NCBI RefSeq assembly: GCF_001194135.2
Contig: NC_069003.1
Location: 1,786,057-1,836,797 of the forward strand
Direction: 5' to 3'
Source: Octopus bimaculoides
Lineage: Eukaryota
DNA length: 50,741 nt
This document shows, piece after piece, positions 46,571 through 50,741 of this stretch (the first letter of the stretch is position 1; the number at the start of each line of letters is the position of its first letter). The notes beneath the pieces are model-generated. The model ran no database searches and had not been told where the DNA came from. It saw only the letters and a program-made list of their open reading frames with translations. Position numbers and translations under genes: made by a program.

Positions 46571-47017
46571 CAGAAGCTAACATAACAGAAATGGTTAAGA
46601 TATATATGTGCAAAAAAATTCCTCACAGAGAAAGTGTGTTTATAAAATGAGAACTAAATGAATAATCCTGATAAAAAGTTTACTAACATCACGTTCGTAC
46701 TAAGGAATTGCTTCTGACAGATTCGTCTTTGTAGAACCCCTTCAGTCTGATATAATTATTTTCATTGAAAAAAATATTCTTTCAACTAGTATTTTGGGAG
46801 ATTGACGTAGCTTTTGCAGTCCTATCTACATTGCAAATGACCTCTACGTAAGCAGATATGAATTTGTCTCTTGATATGAATTCTTCTCAAGTCAGTTTTA
46901 ATTGAGTTATATATTTCCTCGTCTGTAAATCAATTAAAAAAGAATTCTCAGGAAATTGTCTAAAACACATTAGAAACAATGTTTCAATTTTTAAGGACGA
47001 CAGAAATAATTGCTTTC

Positions 47018-47170
47018 AAATTTGGCCACAAGGCCAGCACGTTCGATTAAATCGACCCCAGTGTTCAATTGATATTTATTTTATCGACCCCTGGACGGAA
47101 TTTAAATTCAGAACGGAAAAGGAAGAAAATACCACTAAGGCTTTTCCCCCAACATTTTTCAACAAATGCC
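47018..47170 (-). mobile_element. SINE family A copy, internally deleted
   Basis: TTTCAAATTTGGCCACAAGGCCAGCA..TCGACCCCAGTGTTCAATTGATATTTATTTTATCGACCCC. Confidence 0.75.
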
Positions 47171-48049
47171 AAGCAAAGTAATCCGTGGATTTCTTACAGA
47201 TTAGTAAATAAAAAAGTTAACTCTTTTGATTTCGTTGCTCATCTTTACAAATCAATTATTCCATTGCTAAAATGTTTCTTGAACGAAATTGGCCCAAGCG
47301 TGACCTTGAAAAAGACCAAATTTAAAATTAACATATTTCTAAACATATTGTTATAGAATATTTTCTTACATTAATACATATTAAAACGGTTTTCTGATAA
47401 TAAATGTGAGAAAAATGTTCGGGATTTGATGTGCTAGGAGAGTATCTAATGCATTTCTTTTGTTCAAACCGTTTTGCGTTACATTCGTATATTCCATTTC
47501 GTTCAAGAAGTTCAAAGTAAAATTTTGTATAACGGTTTTAATGGTGGAACGCGAAGTAGGTAAATCTATGAAATTACAGCTTGCAGAATGTCGATCTCAA
47601 TAAATAAATAAATAAATAAAAGGGAACTGGAAATATATATATGTGGAATGCTACCCGTCAGGTACCAACTCAGCTTCTGTAAACCATTATAACAAAGCAT
47701 AATGTAGAATTTTCTCCATCCATTTTTATCTCTCAAAATTTCCAAATTCTTATACTATAAACAGCTTACGTTGATAGGAACGAAGATCCTAAATTGGATA
47801 GAGAATATGCATTGGAATACCAGAACGTTCCTCATATTTACTGTTGACGATAGTGCTACAGGTCGCTTTGGCTATTTCTCAAACAAGAAGTTTTTAACTT
47901 AATCTTTTACAAGCTATTATGTGTAGTTTTACTTCGAGTTCTATCACCAGAAGTCATTTCATAACCCTTGGCAAATTATAAATTATGATGCATAAATATT
48001 TAAACCTCACGTAAAGGAGCGAATTTGAGTCACCAAAATGTTTCGCGTC

Positions 48050-48620
48050 TTCGTTCTGTGATTTTAAGCAGTCTTCGAGAAGTGTTTATAATCCATTCAT
48101 GTGAATTGTTTCACGAAAGCAATTTTGTGAATTCAATACAACATTCTCAGATTTGCAGCATTGGTGTATCAGAAAACACAATTCGATCCTCCGGAAAAGA
48201 AATCCATTCTGCTCCTCGAAGATTCGATGAAAATTGCTAATAATCTGAATAATCGTTGGTATTCCTCAACGAATTCAGTTAACCTTTCCCCTCCAACCTG
48301 TGTGTATGAGATATTAAATAACATCTTGCAAACACTTTGTAACGATAAAAGTGTGCAAGACATCTGTAAATGCATCATTTTTGCCTGCCAGCATTTTCAG
48401 TGAAGAGTTTTGGGTATCCGGACCTTAGTGCAATATTTCTACTTGAAGCAATACTTGACCCTCAAATTAGAGCTTTCTTGGTTCCAGTTCTACACTAAGA
48501 ATCTCCTTTTCCTGTATGATTTCGGAAAACGGAATTTATTTGAATAGAATTCAGGCTGAAGAGATTCTTTCCTGCAGTGTTTCCATTAAACAATTTTCAG
48601 TTGGAAGCCATTGACCCTTT
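48050..48620 (-). pseudogene. hAT (Buster/SPIN-like) transposase core remnant
   Basis: Minus-strand fragments in the expected order: MLAGKND (compare GAPAM.GK..G), YLIHTGW-RGKV at 48281-48312 (compare LLHTEVRWLSRGKVL), then LAIFIE (compare LAYL.DIF). Heavily degraded. Confidence 0.4.
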
Positions 48621-48711
48621 ATCAATATCCTCTAAATGTTCACCACAAATTCTTATTTGTTAATCATTTAAATATATTCTCTCTTCATCTTCCAATATCT
48701 ATAAAATATCT

Positions 48712-48880
48712 AAGGTGGCGAAGTGGCAGAGCTGGTAGCATGCCGGACAAAATGTTTAATGGCATTTCGTCCGTATTTACGTTCTGAATCCAAATTCTGC
48801 CGAGTTCGACTTTGCAGTTCATCCTTACGGTGCTCGATAAAGAAGTTGCAGATAAGCAATGAGTTTGATGTAATTTACTC
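48712..48880 (+). mobile_element. SINE family A copy
   Basis: AAGGTGGCGAAGTGGCAGAGCTGGTAGCATGCCGGACAAAATG; GAATCCAAATTCTGCCGAGTTCGACTTTGC. Confidence 0.8.
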
Positions 48881-49304
48881 CCTCTCTCTCTCACACACAC
48901 ACACCACATACACACACACATATATATTTGTCCCCAAAATATTTTTAATTTCTTTTATTATTCTCTCCTATAATTCTACCTAAATGGGGCTCTCGGCCGA
49001 GACGTAGAGCTTCTTCCCTTCTTTTTTAATAGTTACGCTACTAGATCTCTTTAAGTTTCGCCGTCCAACATTCTCCTCTTTTTGTGCTTGGAGACCACTT
49101 AATATACATATATATATCTATCTATATATATATATATATATATATATACATACATATCTATGTATATATATGTGCGTGTATATATATATATATACACATA
49201 CATTTGTATATATGCATATGTGTGTTTGTGTTGGCGTATGTGTTTATCTGTGTGTATATGCGTGAGGGTGAGGACACAAGCATTTCTAGTGCAAAATGAT
49301 ACAG

Positions 49305-49342
<38 letters not shown>

Positions 49343-49357
49343 NNNNNNNNNNTACAG

Positions 49358-49397
<40 letters not shown>

Positions 49398-49400
49398 ATA
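48880..49400. repeat. Compound (CA)n/(TA)n with a 10-N gap (49343-49352) whose flanks repeat TACAGAACA(TA)n
   Basis: Directly visible. Confidence 0.9.
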
Positions 49401-50048
49401 TCATATACGCTTTTTTATGTCTTCACTTTTATTGTATACCCATACCATAATTGTCTTTATATATAACTGTTTTAAATACATCATAGTTGTTCTTTACGGG
49501 TATCATATGCCAGTATCATACAGACGGATGCTAATGATGGCATATCCGATTATCAGTTGAAGGAGTCTGACCGATATGTGTATCCACTTTAAGTGTTAAT
49601 TCTTTTCCCATTCACTGAATCTCTCCATCATGTTGTTGTTATTTACTCTCATGCTTTGTACATATGTTTCTCATCATTCTGGGTTTGTTATTTTTTCTAA
49701 TTTAGCAAGATATATATTTGACAGTATTACTCTCCTTAATATTGAAGAGATCATTAGAAATTGATATAGGACATTAAACTTAAGTGCGAATAGAAGCGTA
49801 ATAGAGGACTGGGTATATGACTATATATAAGTAGTTATATTTATAAATATTCCGCTTACGCATTGCGAAACAAATAACCTGGTGTAGATAGAACTCAAAC
49901 TGGTTGAGAAGTGGTAGTCGAGAACAGAGCATTGATAAGAAAATTCGATGACAAAGAATTCAACGATTAGCTTATGAAATTCATTAGCTTACAACTGTTT
50001 CCGCTATAAAAATACAGTGGACTTATAGTTGAGGGCTTGAGTAACCTT

Positions 50049-50400
50049 TACAGTAATCCCTCGGCTGTCGCGGCTCTTATGTTCCAAAACCCCCGTGGTA
50101 GCTGAAAATCCGCAAAGTAGAAACAGTACTGTACTGTATATTTTTTTTAAATTATTTTTATAATTTGTATATATTTATTTTATTAGAAATTCAAAACAAC
50201 ATCACGGTGGAATCGACGTAAGATTAAATAATAAACCACTGAAAATAGTAGAAAAAATTAAAAGAAGAGAAAATAAAGTTACATTATAAGACTTACATAA
50301 AAAGTAACTCTAACCTGTTGATTCTTAGCAAGTTTTACAGAAACATGTTATTTTGAATCTAGAGTAAACCCATACATAACGAGCAAAATTAATAGAGAAA
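50049..50400 (+). mobile_element. Tigger/pogo-like DNA element left end
   Basis: TA-CAGTAATCCCTCGGCTGTCGCGG...GAAAATCCGCAAAGTAG matches the TA target plus CAGT...CCTCG TIR pattern of pogo/Tigger elements. The right end was not found. Confidence 0.55.
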
Positions 50401-50741
50401 ACTTTTGAAGTATACATTCACACACAACATGTAAACCAGGGAAAATATAATAACGCACATATTCCTGAAACTGAAGCTGGAGATTATGGTTTTTATCTTC
50501 TGAGGATTAACCACGATTTATGAATATGAAGCATTCAGCACGATGTATTATTGATAAAGAACACTATCTCTAAACATTTCATTCGATTGCATGTAATGAT
50601 TACTCAGCCTCGGTTCGTGTAAACACCTATAATTTATTTTTCCTTATGTGATATGTGTACGCAATATGCGTCTATGTATATGGTTGTATGTGTGTTTCTT
50701 TCCGATTGTTTCTCTCTGTGTGTGTGTGTGTGTGTGTGTGT

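Noticed and set aside
48975-49010. Hammerhead-like UUCUAC-CUAAAUGG-GGC..GCC-GAGAC-GUAGAG
   Set aside because: A helix I-like pairing exists, but both conserved core segments are mutated and the cleavage triplet is missing; too degenerate to claim.
1-50741. Most six-frame ORFs (YI/HT/CV/SL-rich, poly-T/V/G/N, or spanning X runs)
   Set aside because: They are translations of (TA)n, (CA)n, (GA)n and trinucleotide microsatellites or N gaps, which lack stop codons in some frames.

Overview
AT-rich, gene-poor eukaryotic genomic DNA from a draft assembly with eight N-gaps, most flanked by microsatellites. The repeat content looks like an octopus/coleoid cephalopod genome; this is inferred from recalled repeat families and was not checked by a search. 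I cannot support any host protein-coding gene: nearly all six-frame ORFs are translations of (TA)n, (CA)n, (GA)n and trinucleotide repeats. What I can support: (1) about 19 copies or fragments of one tRNA-headed SINE (family A) plus two or three other SINE-like families; (2) fossil DNA transposons (Tc1/mariner, hAT-like, Tigger/pogo-like); (3) fossil non-LTR retrotransposons with a restriction-like endonuclease (R4/Dong-like); (4) extensive simple repeats. The most interesting signals are non-coding. There are five dispersed, partly decayed hammerhead-ribozyme cores from different repeat contexts, four with a palindromic minimal helix III; the best preserved is at 40596-40635. There is also a pre-miRNA-sized hairpin with a perfect 17-bp stem at 15961-16023, and a 33-bp tandem amplification of a retroposon terminal stem-loop at 39804-39927. 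Ends of degenerate elements are approximate (about +/-10-20 nt).
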